Below the pieces are notes generated by a model. It did not search any database. It was not told the origin of the DNA and worked only from the letters and a program-made list of their open reading frames with translations. Of a stretch of 64,000 nucleotides of DNA, positions 1 through 13,809 are shown piece by piece. The DNA is from the human T2T-CHM13v2.0 reference genome, Homo sapiens, in the NCBI RefSeq assembly GCF_009914755.1, contig NC_060932.1; one strand, given 5' to 3'. Position 1 is the stretch's first letter, and every line of letters starts with the position of its first letter. The position numbers were made by a program, and so were the translations under genes.

Positions 1-55
1 TGAAGACTAGGCTCAGTTCCATCTCTCTTCCTCTCCCTGCCTATGCCTAAGTAGA

Positions 56-609
<554 letters not shown>

Positions 610-659
610 TAAGTGGATTTTTCTCTAGTGATTTTGTTCCAAGTATCTACAAGCAGAAT

Positions 660-840
660 ATAGAAGAGAAGGAGGAAGGCAGGAAGGCAGGGAGGCAGGA
701 GGCGGGTGGACAGGGAGGGAAGGAGGGAGGGAGAGAGGGAGGCAGGCAGGCAGAAAGGAAAGAAGGGAGGGAGGAGGAAGGAAAGAAGGGAGGGAGGGAG
801 GGAGAGAGAAAAAATAGGAGGTAGGAGGTGAGGGAGAGAG
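660..840. repeat. Purine-rich (GGAA/GGGA/GGCA) low-complexity tract
   Basis: Visible directly; source of the Pro/Ser/Leu-rich spurious ORFs. Confidence 0.9.
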
Positions 841-1259
841 CAAGTGAGCTGGTGAAAGAACAAATAGGCTGTAAAAGCCTAAGAAGCACTGAGGCATGAG
901 GCTGGGTGCTCTTCTCCATCTCCACTGCCTCATGCTCTCATGTGATCTCCAAGGAGTTACCTTGTCAATCTCTGCCTGCTCCAGCATTCTCCCACCTCCT
1001 CTCTGAATTCCTTGCATCCTCCAATGTGTCCCTGCTCCTTTTCACTTTGGCAGAGAGACCCTGAAGACCCAAACCGAGTTCCCAGTGTAAGACAAGATTC
1101 ATTCCATGCCTGAAGAAACTTCTGCCTGTCCAGTGATCCCTGATTCCTCCTCCTGGTCTACCCGATTTTGCCTTTCTTGCCCCATTTCCTTCTTGGTTCT
1201 CCTTCCTCCTTCCGTCTTCTAAATACAGATGTTTTCATGGAACCTTTTCATTTCTGTCA

Positions 1260-1740
1260 TCCTTCGATTGTCTCAAGCTTCCTCTAGAAGTTCCTGATAA
1301 GTCTGACTCTCAAATCTTTATCTCTAGACTTACCTTCTCCCCTGAGTGCCAGGTCTCTATTTCCAGCCACCTCCTGGATGGTTCTACAAGTGTGTTCCAA
1401 TAGCAACTAAATAAAATACATAAGCACTAAATTCATCTTCCTTTCCTTGAACTTGCCTCATGCCTCCCAAATTCCCAAGGTTTGCTCAAGCATCGCCACC
1501 CTCCACTGTCCAAAGACTGCAATTGCAGCAGCATCTTGGATGCCCCATTCCTGTATCACACATTCAAGAGTCACCTCTTGCATCTGCTCTCTAGTCTCCA
1601 TTTCTTTCCAGCATCCCAATTCCAGCTCTGTTTATCTTTTGGGTGGGCTGCTGTGACAGCCTGCTAATTGTTCTTCCCACTGTCCCCATAGGATTCACCC
1701 ATGGGTTCCACAGTAACTTCCTAACAAAGGTCTGATCCCA
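1260..1740 (+). mobile_element. L2 LINE fragment, old
   Basis: ccttctcccctgagtgccaggtctctatttccagccacctcctggatg resembles L2 3' region. Confidence 0.55.
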
Positions 1741-2619
1741 TTAGTTTGGGATTCAAAGCCTCCTATGATTTAGTTTCTAAAAGACTCTTTCACTTTGCAA
1801 CCTTATTCTTTATGTACCATACACTGCTGGCTGCTGAATTATTATTCAATATTCTTCATATGTGGCCATAATTTTTGGCCTCTGTGCCTTTAATGGATAC
1901 TGTTCCAGAATACCCCTCTTTAGCTTTCAATGTCCGAATCCTTCTTGTCTTTAAAAACCACCACTCTGCAAGTTGAGTGTCTGTGAGCAGGTGAGGCTCC
2001 TGCTCATGGAGCCATCTGTAGTATTTTTAGCTTATCTGTAGAGAGGCCATCTGTAGTACCTCTTCTATGACCACGGTGGCCTTCAATCTTGTGTTATCTT
2101 CCTGAGCAGACACACCTTGCTAGGTGTCCTCAGAAGAGGACGGCCCCTTCTGAGTCATCTCTGAATTTCCCACAGCACCATGGGCTGCCCAGGGCAGTTA
2201 TCTGCCAATAATCAAATAGACAATTCTGCAGACCCCTGAACACTCATCCTCCACTCAGACCTCTACTAAGAACAATAAGAAATGTGTAAGACAACAATAA
2301 CTTGCTTTCTGATCTCCAGGAGCTTACATACAGCTTGCTATGGAGATAAGGGTAATATATATTAATGAATAAAGAGTAATAGAAGATAGGAATGGGATTA
2401 CTGAGGATATATACTCTGAGAGGTTCTATTTTTATAAAACTAAATTGGATCTTAGTAATAGGTTTATTTTGGACAGGTGAAAAGACGGGCATTCTAGGGA
2501 CAGAGATTATCAGCATCATAGGTACAGAAGCCAGAGCAAGTATGGTTTGTTCAAAAGATCATGAATAAACCTGTCAGGATTAGGAAAGTAACACGCAAGG
2601 GAGGGAGAGGAGATCTAAC

Positions 2620-2840
2620 ATTCATCACGTCCCGACTGATACCAGAACATGGACTGAGCACCTTATAGGCATTATTCCAGTTAATCCATACAACAACCCT
2701 GCAAAGTAGATGTTATCACTGCCAATTTTATAAGCAAGAAGGCTGATGTTTGAAGGGATTAAGTAACTAGCCAAGGTTACACAGGTTAGGTGTTAGAGCT
2801 GGGATTTGAAAAAGGCAGCCAGCTTCCATTGCACCATACC
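2620..2840 (-). mobile_element. MIR SINE
   Basis: ttaatccatacaacaaccctgcaaagtagatgttatc...aagtaactagccaaggttacacag = MIR core reversed. Confidence 0.75.
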
Positions 2841-3270
2841 ATCTCCTCTATATCAAAACGTATAAATATCATGGGGTGAGTTCTTCAGTTAGGGGTACTT
2901 CTTGTAGTCATGAATAAGTCAAGTTGCAAAGCAGGAAGCACAATGCATAACATCTGCAGGGCTCAATGCATGTTGGCTGACTCTGAATGCACATCTGTCT
3001 ACCCAGAGAGAGAAACAAGGCAGCTCCTCAACTAGATAAGTACTCTGCCGAGAAATAATGGAGGAGGGCAGCCCTAGAGCTGGGCAATGTCTCCAGGCTA
3101 ATAGAAAGCACCAAGAAGGGATATAGACTTAAGAGTTTGGATTAATATCACTTTGCTCCAGTCTACTTCAGCTACAAAAGAAGATAAGTAATCCAAAGGA
3201 ACACAACTGTGTTGTAACAAACTCTCATCCTCTGAGGTGACGGATATGACGGATAACAGAGGACCCATAC

Positions 3271-3404
3271 TTGGTCTCGTTGGCACATCGAATCTTGCAG
3301 CCTTCCTTGGGAATCACCAAGCCCAGGTGCATTCGGAGCCTGCAGTTTGTGGGCCCTGTGTGCGGCCACACGTGAGTCCCGGGGTGCATGATGGAATATT
3401 TGAT
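3271..3404 (-). CDS. ASPH: ASPH coding exon (exon 24), 134 bp, IKYSIMHPGTHVWPHTGPTNCRLRMHLGLVIPKEGCKIRCANET(K); oxygenase core with the first Fe-binding His (WPH)
   Basis: Contained in ORF 3225..3437(-); acceptor atgcag|ATC, donor AA|gtatgg; phase 0-2; final exon lies beyond the left edge of the window. Confidence 0.98.
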
Positions 3405-3774
3405 CTGCATAGAAAACATGACACTCCATTCAGCCATTTATCAAGGTGTGGAGGAACTGCTAAGTTAAGGTGACAGTACAAAATTACTGTCAGTTTGGAT
3501 TAGAGCCTTTGTAAGATTTAATATTTATATTCAAGTCTTATTTCTTTGTGAAGGAACTAAAAATAAGCACTCACATTTTCCACAAAGCTATAAACACTGA
3601 ACATTTTCCACCCTCAATTCTGACGTCAACCACATAAAATTATGTTTCAGTAAAAAGGGCATGTAAAAAGAGGCATTCATTGGGCCAAAGGAAACAACCA
3701 TTTCTTTGTAAAGGTCAACACGCCCTTATTCCTAACAATTAATTGTATTCTCCCCAGCACGACACTCTTGGTAC

Positions 3775-3866
3775 CTGTCCTCTTCTGCATCCTGTTGTCT
3801 CGGGGAACTTTTCTAGTAAGGTACAGGTTTTAGGAGCTCCTTTGCAGGCATTTTCATTTCTTCTTC
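3775..3866 (-). CDS. ASPH: ASPH coding exon (exon 23), 92 bp, (G)RRNENACKGAPKTCTLLEKFPETTGCRRGQ
   Basis: Acceptor ttctag|GA, donor CAG|gtacca; phase 1-0. Confidence 0.97.
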
Positions 3867-4159
3867 CTAGAATAAATAACATAATTGTTGGAAACAAATC
3901 ACAGTAAAGCTTAAACTTATCCCATTTAGATGAGGTGAGAGCTATATGTCATCCTCACTGCAGGAATGAGAAGATTGAGTAAACATGAGAAGATGAAGTA
4001 GGAATGCAAAAGGCTTATTGGAAATAAATAAAAATTTATCAATAAAGAAGACGTGTCTTGCTCCAATAGGTAGTGACTGGCAGAGCAGGGATCCAAATTC
4101 TTCACTCGGTGTTGGACTATTTGACTAAGAATGTCTAACAGACAAGACACAGGTTAAAG

Positions 4160-5204
4160 GCCTTTGACCTTGAATAACACAGGGATTAGGGGCTTCGATC
4201 CTCCATGCATGTTAAGTTTTGACTCCCCAAAAACTTAACAACTAATAGCCTACTGTTGACTGGAAGCCTTACCCTATATCATAAATAGTTGATTAACATA
4301 TTTTGTATGTTATATGTATTCTATACTATAGTCTTACACTAAAGTAAGCTGAAAAAAAGAAAATGGTATTAAGAAAATAATAAGGAAGAGAAAATACTTT
4401 TACAGTACTGTACGGTATTTTATCGATACCATAAGTTTACATCATCTGTTTACAAGATGAATTGAATGTCTGAAATGGCCTGCAACTACAGGTACAGACC
4501 TTAATCTACAGTACATATCAATCAATTCAACTTTTTCTTGTAGGGTCATGACTTTTCTCTGCTTCTTGGCAGCGTGTCCATCATCATTAGTTGCTCTTTG
4601 TATAGGTCCCATGGTGTTATTCGAGGTTTGCAGCATTGCATTAAACACAAGGAAAAATACACAAGAACCATAAGAGACCACTTTTCACCGTGATATGCAA
4701 TTTACCAGAGAGAGGAACTGCTCACATGGAGACGACAGTATCACATGGTATTTTAAGCAGATACTGAAAACACTTGAGCTTGCCGAATAGCAACAGGAAG
4801 CAGCTATGAAATTATTACAGTAGTATAATCTGTACTACAGTTAATTTAATGGAGTTATGATTTAACACTGCATCTTCATGTTTGTTTACATTTCTCTTGA
4901 CTATGAATGGTGCTATGTATGGTCTGTAAGTGCTTCCATGCATATGTTGATAAATTTTATTTCTTTATAATAGATTTGTATATATATAGTAAATGATACA
5001 ATAGATTAGTACCTATATATATTTCATGCATTCATGACATACCTAATTTTTCTTAATTTTAAAAAATATTTCCAGGCTATAAGGTTCATCTGCAAATTTT
5101 TTTCAGATTGCCACAAATCTCAAAAAAATTTCCAATATATTGACAAAAATTCTTACATAAGCGGACCCATAACATTCAAATTCACGTTGTTCAAAGGCCA
5201 ACTG
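4160..5204 (-). mobile_element. Tigger3 (Tigger3b/GOLEM-type) DNA transposon fossil
   Basis: TIR gttgttcaaaggccaactg+TA at right end, ttgaccttgaataacac at left; ORF 4442..4681(-) retains CENP-B-type HTH remnant KKQRKVMTLQEKVELIDMY. Confidence 0.85.
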
Positions 5205-5220
5205 TACTTATTTTTTCCCC

Positions 5221-5706
5221 TGTGACAGGAAAAATAATAGTTAGCTCCCAAAAGATGTCCATACCCTCATCCCATAACCTGTGAATATGTTATCTTTCAT
5301 GCAAGAGGGAATTAAGGCTGTAAGTGGCACTGAGATTTCTTATCAGCTCACATTAAAATAGGGAGATTATCCAAGATTACCTGGATGGGCCCAAGGTAAT
5401 CACAGCATCCTTAAATGTGGGAGGAGGAGGCAGATGAGTAAGTGTCAGAGTGATACAGTATGAGAAAGACTTGACTGGCCACTGCTGGCTCTGAAGATGG
5501 AAGGGGGCCACAAGCCGGGGAATGTGGGCAGCCTCTAGAAGCTGGAGACTCCAGAGGGAATACAGCCCTGGTGACACTTGTATTTTAGCTCAGTGTGATC
5601 TATTGTAGACTTCTGACCTCTAGAACTATAAGATAATAAATGTGTCTGTGTTTTAAGCTATTAAGTTTTGTGGTAATTTGTTACACCAGCCACAGGAAAC
5701 TAATAC
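5221..5706 (+). mobile_element. MLT1D-like MaLR solo LTR
   Basis: TG start, aaagatgtccataccctcatccc...acctgtgaatatgtta; ends gttacaccagccacaggaaactaataca. Confidence 0.85.
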
Positions 5707-6859
5707 ATCCCCTAAAGAAGGAAAATAGCTTATATTATATTTCTAACTTAGAAATGCATTTCTAGGACTATATTAGTTGCCAAAACACTATTTTTATTGG
5801 ACTTCAATGTCTTTTCCATATCCAGATCATCCTTTATATGATGATAAAGAATAGGATTTAAATGAAGAAGGCGTCTTTGAGAGGGGACATATTCTATGAT
5901 TAACTGTCAAGAGCACAGATTCTGGGACATGTCATTTAAGTATCCTGAACTATGCAAATTTCTTTACACTCTATAAAGCCCCTGCTTATTAGGGAAGATG
6001 TGCTCAGAATGTACACAATGTCATCTGCTCTAACGGGGGAGTAAAACAATGGGATTTTTAAAAGTCAGAGACATTTTAATTCCCTATTCAAGATTCCTAA
6101 AAGAGACTGCTACATCTAAAGCTGAGTTTAATTTTATTTAATTAATGTTAATTGTGTCCTAAGATAATCACATACTGAGAATAAAATAAGAGTTACAAAA
6201 AACGCAACTAAAAGGTATTCACCCCAATCAAATGGAGCTCAATGTTTTAGAAAACAACTTAGCTTTTTCTAAGTAACCTTTTTGGCTCTTAATTGAATAA
6301 AATGTTAATTGCTATTTTTAGTTATTAATGGAGTTCCCCAAATGAACAATAAATGTCAGTTTGGGTGAATATTACATAAACCTACGAGTCACCGTAAAGT
6401 GTTTTTGAGCCTGGGCTTTCCAAGTCTTCTGGTATGCAGGGCCTGGGGCTGCTTGGCAGGAGTCCCCAATTCTGAGCTCTGTGCTGTCCAGGCAGCAGTT
6501 AAGTGAAACTGGTGGCTTGGGGAACAACCATAGGTGGCCTGGAGTTCTCACAAGCACCAGGTGGCTGAGCATGTGCTACCTGGAGAACAGATGTGCCTTA
6601 CCTGAATGACAGGTGATGAATGGGTAACCAAATGGGTTGTGTCCCTGAGATTTTCAAGGAATTAGAGAACACCTCTAGCTCTTTAGACACATTTATCTTT
6701 CTGGTCTGTAAACCCAGATTCTCTGTGCAGTAGACTCTGGGCATTCATGCACTGTCACTGGTCATTTTAACTCTTCACGTCTGATCATGAGGGTCCAAGG
6801 AATGCAACGGCAGTTCCTTGATGCTCACGACAGGCCAGGAACCACTCTGCATGATGAGA

Positions 6860-7290
6860 GTGCCTCATTTGATGTCTACAACATGTCATAAGAAGGCTCA
6901 ATTAGTGTTGTATTTTATAGAAAGGCAATTGAGCCACAGAGGGGTCACATAGCGAACAGCAGAGCAGGAATTTCAATTCAGCCAGACTGGACCCAGTGTT
7001 CATGCTCTTAACCAGACCAGAGACCACCTCTCCACTACTGTTATTACATCATGTGCTATTGTTAGACCATAAAAATATAATATTACTATCATATATTGGA
7101 TAACTGTGCCAAGTCTTTCATCTAGTGCTCACTGATCCTAGTAACAACCCATACTTGAGGCACTATTTGCCATTTTTCAGATGAGGGATTTGAAGCTCAG
7201 AGATTCAGGGACATGCACACATCACACAGCTAACAAGCGGTGCATCCAGGACTCTAACCTAGGATTGTTGGTTTCCAAAGCCTATGCTTT
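6860..7290 (-). mobile_element. Two MIR fragments
   Basis: ctcatttgatgtctacaac...; ccatttttcagatgagggatttgaagctcagagatt MIR core reversed. Confidence 0.6.
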
Positions 7291-8006
7291 AAAGCATAAT
7301 TTCTCATTTTGTTGCATTGTAAGTTAGAAGGCAGCTGTGCAGGAGCAAACCAGTTAACTCAGCCTGAAGAGGAATGCCCAGCATCTGCAACTCACTGTGG
7401 CTTTGTTGTCGTTTGATTATTTCTCACCAGCGTTAAACTAACCCTCAAGAAGTAATAAACCTTGCTTCTTTGGGAAAATAGCTCTAGAAAGAGATCTAAC
7501 AGCCAATGCAAATCTGGAAGAATCATTTAAATTTATCACTTCTTACACATGAATATACTTTGTGAGGGCTATTCATGGAGCTGATATCCTGGGTTGTATC
7601 TTTTATAAATTTCAAGGCTCTGCTTCTGGGGCAACAACAGGTTCCATCTTGCATGACAATTCTGATCAGTTGCTAGCAGCCACCTAGAACACTGCGTTGA
7701 GAAGGACTTAGAGGTTCAGCCTCAGCTTATTCAGAAAGGCTGTTGGGGTCAGTTAGCACCTTTCCCATGGGCTCTGGAAGAAAAAAATGACTGCACATGT
7801 GTGGCATATTTTAATCACTGTTGGTGGCACTTATTAAGATAAGAGCAAAATAGACGTTCCATAATATTCACATAACAATTTAAAAAGTTATTTTTGGGGA
7901 ACAAAATCATTATTTATATTTGCTGATTCTGGTTTTTTCCTTCAACTCTAAAAAGCCAGTCCTTTAAAAAAACATAGTTCAGTCCTAATGAAACTACTTG
8001 GATACT

Positions 8007-8737
8007 GTATCAGTTCGCTAGGGCTGCCACAAGCAAATACCACAGACTGAGTGGCTTAAACAACAGAAGTGTATTTTCTCACAGTTCTGGAGGCTGAAAG
8101 TCCAAAATTAAGGTGTGGCCAGGCTTGGTTTCTCCTGAGGCCTCTTTTCTTGGCTCCTAGGTGGCCACCTTCTTCTTGTGTCCTCACACGTCATTTTCTC
8201 ATCCCTAGTGATATGGTTTGGCTGCATCCCCACCCAAATCTCATCTTGAATTATAGTTCCCATAATCCCCATGTGTCATGGGAGGGACCAGGTGGAGATA
8301 ACTGAATCATGGGGGTGGTTTTCCCCATCCTGTTCTCATGATAGTGAGTTAGTTCTCACGAGATCTGATGGTTTTATAAGGGGCTTCCCCCTTCACTTGG
8401 TACTTATTCTCTCTCCTGCTGTCCTGTGAAGAGGTGCCTTCCACCATGATTGTAAGTTTCCTGAGGCCTCCCCAGTCATGTGGAATTATGTGTCAATTAA
8501 ACCTCTTTTTGGTATAAATTACCTAGTGTTTCTTCATAGCAGTGTGAGAACAGACTAACACACCCAGTGTTTCTTCCGCTTCTTATCAGGGAATCAGTTA
8601 TATTGGGTCAGGGCCTCATCCTTATGACCTCATTTAATCTTAACTATCTCCTTAAAGGCCCTATCACCAAATACAGTCACACTGGGGGTTAGGGCTTCAA
8701 CATATGAATTTTGCGGGGTACACAGTTCAGTCCATAG
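8007..8737 (-). mobile_element. MLT1A/B-like MaLR LTR interrupted by a THE1 LTR
   Basis: tgtatcagttcgctagggctgcc...ttctcacagttctggaggctg; resumes after 8562 and ends cttcaacatatgaattttg...ttcagtccata. Confidence 0.85.
8209..8562 (+). mobile_element. THE1 (C/D-like) solo LTR
   Basis: tgatatggtttggctg...cccacccaaatctcatcttgaatt start, cagactaacaca end; 5-bp TSD cctag/cccag. Confidence 0.9.
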
Positions 8738-8896
8738 AAGAGACCTACCGTAATTTTACTTCCCAAAACTTCCAGCATCAGCCTTAGGCATTCGACTACC
8801 CAGCAGCATGATTTGCTAACTAGACAACGGCTAAATCTTTACTGAGCCAGATATTCATCACCTTTTTCTCTGAATCTGAGTTCTCAATGTGGCTAA

Positions 8897-9361
<465 letters not shown>

Positions 9362-9553
9362 CCAAATTTATTCTTTAAACTATGAATTTGTTTCTAGAAA
9401 ATAGTTACTGGATTCCCCCACTAGAAGCATGGAATCACAAACCAAAGACCATAAAGAACTTTAAAAAATCTTCCTAAAAGGGAAACTATGTGAATTTTAT
9501 CCCTTTATGACAATAAAATAAAACTAGAAATTCAGTTTTAAAATTTGAAGCAG

Positions 9554-9838
9554 GCTGAGTGGAGTGGCTTATACCTGTAATCTCAGCATTTTGGGAGGCC
9601 AAGGTAAGAGGGTCACTTGAAGCCAAGGAGTTCAAGACCAGCCTGGGCAATATAGTGAGACCCTATCTCTATAAAAACATTTAAAAATTAGCCAGGTATG
9701 TAGACGCACACATGTAGTCCTAGCTACTTGGGAGGAGAATTGCTTGAGGCCAGGAGTTGGAGCTGTAATGAGCTAGGATTGCACCATTGCACGCCAACCT
9801 GGGCAAGAGAGCAAGATCCTGCCAATCAATCAATCAAT
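9554..9838 (+). mobile_element. AluJ with (CAAT)n tail
   Basis: gagttcaagaccagcctgggcaatatagtgagaccc J-type diagnostics. Confidence 0.85.
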
Positions 9839-11087
9839 GTTGAAGCAACTACAACAGATTGGAAAACACATGCTCAATCACACACAGGCACATATACATA
9901 TAGATCATTTTAAGTCAATGTGGAAACCAGGGCAGAAATGCAGTCTTTTTTTGAAAATAACTCAGGTAAAAATACCATATATTACAGTGTAGGGAATACA
10001 TCCAAACCTGTAACTGTAGGTCAGTGCATAGCTTTAAATGCTATTATTAATAAGAAAGAATGAAAATAAATTTACTAAGGAATTCCAATCAAAATATTTA
10101 AAAGAAAAATAAAACAAAACAAAAAAGAACAGGAGAAGGAAGAGAAAATACAAATTCAGGAATTAGAAAATATAATCATAATCATGTAAGTGAGAAATAA
10201 TTTTATGAGTTTTTTAAACAACAGGGTAGACACAATTCTATCACATGTAAGAAAGAGAAAGAAAGAACATGTAAATTCCATTCAATGGGAATAAGAATTT
10301 AACAAAGATACTAAGAAAGTAAAACACATTCTAAGAAGTTAAGTAGTTCATGGAAAATCAGGTATATTCCACCTATGTGAAAATGTAGAAGACAAAATGT
10401 TACCTCCAACAACATTATTGACTCCATAATTTATTTTCTTTCTTGCTTAATGCTTTTTATATCCTATAATACTTTGCATATTAATTTTATCAAATACTTT
10501 TTTTTTTTTTGGCAGAAACTACAGTTTCTAGAAATTAGTGCTAGGATGCCTGCTATTCTGAAGCATTGCTCTAGGAGGCCCAGTAGGTTCTGTGATGCAT
10601 AAGGATGTTAATGGAATCAAAGTACAAGGTGAACACATAAGTGCCAATAGAATGGACTCATCTTAGTGACATGTCAGAGGTAAATTAGCATATTGCCCAA
10701 ATATGGATTGTATAGCTCCATTTAAAAAATTCTTGTTGGCAAAAAGTGGATAGACACTTTTCTTTATGGTTCTCTCTCTTTAGATGGAAGTATCCCTGAA
10801 AACATTACTAAAGTAGTTCCTCTTATTCTTACATAGAAACCATTCTGAAAGCATAATTGAGATAAACCACTGTCCTTATTTGTCCTTTAGTGTAAATTAG
10901 ATGCATATTACAATCTGAATTTGTTTTCTGTAGCTGAAGATATGCAGCACGTGCTGTTTAGTCTTCAAAATAAATTTACTTTTATATAGTTATTGTTAAT
11001 CCAGGCTAACTCCACTTTTCAAGGAGAAAATTGGAGTCTTAAATGCTCCTCATTTTAAAGATAGATGAATATATCAATTCACTGAAA

Positions 11088-11122
11088 ACACACACACACG
11101 CGCACACACACACACACACACG
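11088..11122. repeat. (CA)n microsatellite with CG interruption
   Basis: Visible directly. Confidence 0.95.
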
Positions 11123-11718
11123 CTGGAGCTCCATATGTGTGCCTGTACCTGGGTTAAGCTAAAAAAATATGAAGTTCAGTATGAGCCACTTCCTATTCCT
11201 GAAGAGCTGAGACAGCAGTTATTATTGTCTTGTCACTCTGGTGTGTTACCATTTTTACCAGCTGGTGTGTTACCATTTTTACCATCATCCGTGTTGATAT
11301 CATTTTGCCATGCAACGTCACCTCCATTTTATAGGAGCAAATGATGCTCAGGGACATAACTTTCTAATACACTGATAACACCTGCTAGATTTTTCAGTTA
11401 TGCCTACACAGTAGGGTTACAGTCAGTAACACATCATTCAACAGGAAAGACCAGAAAAATCAGAACACTATTCATGAATATTTATCCAAATACACACATG
11501 GATATACACACACAGCAATATACCTGGACACATACAAATAAGGGCTCAGATGTAGTTTTCAAAAACAATGAATGGATTTCAAAAATCTAGGTTTTTTTGG
11601 GCCCCTCGTTTAAGCCTGGGAATCCCAGCTCTGGGAAGCATCACCAGAAGACTCTTGTCAGTACCCACTTCCCATCAGGTTTGGGCTGCAGAGAACCATC
11701 TAGAAGTCAGAAGCTCAC

Positions 11719-11854
11719 CTTGCTGCCACAGCGTGAACTGGCTCCAGTCCCCTTTTTCCCTCAGGTTTTCATCCTCAGGCAGGAAGAGACCTTTGGCTTT
11801 ATCCATCACTGCAAGGCCTTCATCTCGGATTAACTTCCAGTTTCTTTCTAAAGA
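11719..11854 (-). CDS. ASPH: ASPH coding exon (exon 22), 136 bp, SLERNWKLIRDEGLAVMDKAKGLFLPEDENLREKGDWSQFTLWQQ(G)
   Basis: Acceptor ctctag|TCT, donor CAAG|gtgagc; phase 0-1. Confidence 0.97.
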
Positions 11855-12779
11855 CTAGAGGGAAGATTCTGGCTTTACTGGACTGAAAAAGGGCCTGGTG
11901 GAGCACCTCATAATGACTCTTGTTTTTTTTGAGGTTCGTCTCAGAAAGGAACTAATTCTTTGCCTTATCTAGATTGCTTATATTTCAATTTCCTCTGGGA
12001 CTTCTTGTCACAGCTATAAAAACCCCAAATCTCATGACTTTTCCAAACCAAAAGTTTTTATAACATAACAATTTCAATAACTCCTAGAAACTTCACAGAA
12101 TAACCCTCTCCACAATCTGTTTTGCCTAAAGACTTTTTTTTGAAACCACAACCTAAGAAGAGTACTGATCTTGTTGATCAGATTACATCAGTACACTGTA
12201 ATAACTTCCATGTGACACTTCAGCCTCTAAACTGGAACAGAAATCACAGACGTAATTTCACCTTTCAACAGAGTTCCTCACAAAGATGCCATTAAAGATG
12301 GTCAATATAAGTTAAACATTCAACATATCAGAAGAGTATCCACTGGAGGATTTTTGATATATAACATTAACAGCAAACCAAAACAAATAAATGCACTAGT
12401 GTTTAGAATTCAGCCAAACAAAAATATTTCCTTGACTTCTCATTTGTGAGGGAGCCTTAGCCCCTGCCAGAAAGGGAGCTTATGACCAGTAGAGACTAGG
12501 AGTGGAGGGGCAGGTGACGGTAGATCCTGTGGAAGATCCTCTGGGCAATCTGCACCATCACACTGGGTGTTGATTAGGAGTGGGAGGTGGGGGACAGTAG
12601 GGTGGGTAGGGGAGAAGGCAAAGGTGAGGATCTGAGCAGCAAACTAAGATGGATTTCCATCAGGAGACAAGCATAAAAACAGCTTTCCTACTTCAGGACA
12701 GAGACAAAGCTGTACAGATACACCAGAATTTTGAAATGTTAATAATTTCAATCATTTCTGTGTTCTATGAGAAATGGAT

Positions 12780-13050
12780 GAAATAGTTGAGTATATAGAT
12801 TCATGGACAGGGAGGAACATGTTAGCTGATTTCAACAAGAATCAGGGGCAGATCTATTTTCAGTGACTCAAGAGCATGGGACTAGAACTAATAGGTTACA
12901 AACCAAAAAACAGATTTTTATGGAAAAATGGAAAACCAGTAGAATATTCTAAAGATTGATTGAGTTTCTTTGTAAATCATGGTTCTCTATCATTTGAATT
13001 GGTCAAGCAAAATGATCAATTATTGGTTAGAGCAAAGCACGAGATAATGT
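12780..13050 (+). mobile_element. Possible L3/CR1 fragment
   Basis: gggactagaactaataggttacaaac...cagattttt and ttctctatcatttgaattggtcaagca resemble a decayed CR1 3' end. Confidence 0.35.
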
Positions 13051-13313
13051 GTAGAGTGTCTTTTTACCAAGTCCTGCTTTATAAACTCATGATTCCACAT
13101 AAGAAGGTGATATGGAATCAGGATGGCTGCAGAGCCAGAAGGCTGTGATATAGACAGAGATTTATGTGGAAACATGGTGCCAGCCCCAGCCAAACAAGGG
13201 AATACTTTTTATATCACATGAAAACACTAGCTATTAAAATATTCTAGGGCAAGAAAGAGATTTTGGTTGATTTTATAATTTTATGATATGTATGCATTAA
13301 TTTGTGTTAATAT

Positions 13314-13809
13314 TGTTAACGGAAGACCAATGAGATGTGGGGAGGCCAAAGGAGAACTTTATTTTTCAAAAGCAATCTGCAGATTAGGGAGATGCAGCTT
13401 TGGAAAGTACACTCCCAGGAAGGGTGGCGGGGGGAAGGAGATGACAAAGGCCAAAACTGCAGGGCAGGGCAGGTGAGGAGTGTTGGGAGCAAGGAAGAAT
13501 GTTGGCTGGATGGCCTTTCAGCCCCAGATCACCGGTCTCTGGTGGTTAATTGGCTGGTTCCAGGTGGTTGGTTGGCTTGTTGGTGCTAGGTGGTCTTGTT
13601 GGTGGTCAGATGGAGGAATTTCCAGTTGTAGTTGTTTTCAAAAACTGTTCTTTGACTTGGTTGCAGAAAAACAAATTCTGAAACACCTTCCAAGGACACA
13701 GAGAGCGTGACTGCCTCCTCACCTTGACATGGCCTCTTAGTTCTGCTTTTAACTTTTGAGCCAGAGGGAGTTCATCTTGTTTGCCAACTGGGGGCATAGT
13801 TTGACCACA
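13314..13809 (-). mobile_element. ERV-type solo LTR, family unresolved
   Basis: About 500 bp TG...CA bounded block with tttatt (minus-strand AATAAA) near the left end and repeated tggtt/ttgg motifs typical of U3. Confidence 0.55.

Noticed and set aside
3225-3437. 70-aa ORF as a stand-alone protein or an extended exon ending KYGSSVIRHIRHLRG
   Set aside because: It is ASPH exon 24 plus chance in-frame intron flanks; canonical splice sites at 3404 and 3271 fit the known protein. The IRHIRH part comes from a 9-bp intronic tandem repeat.
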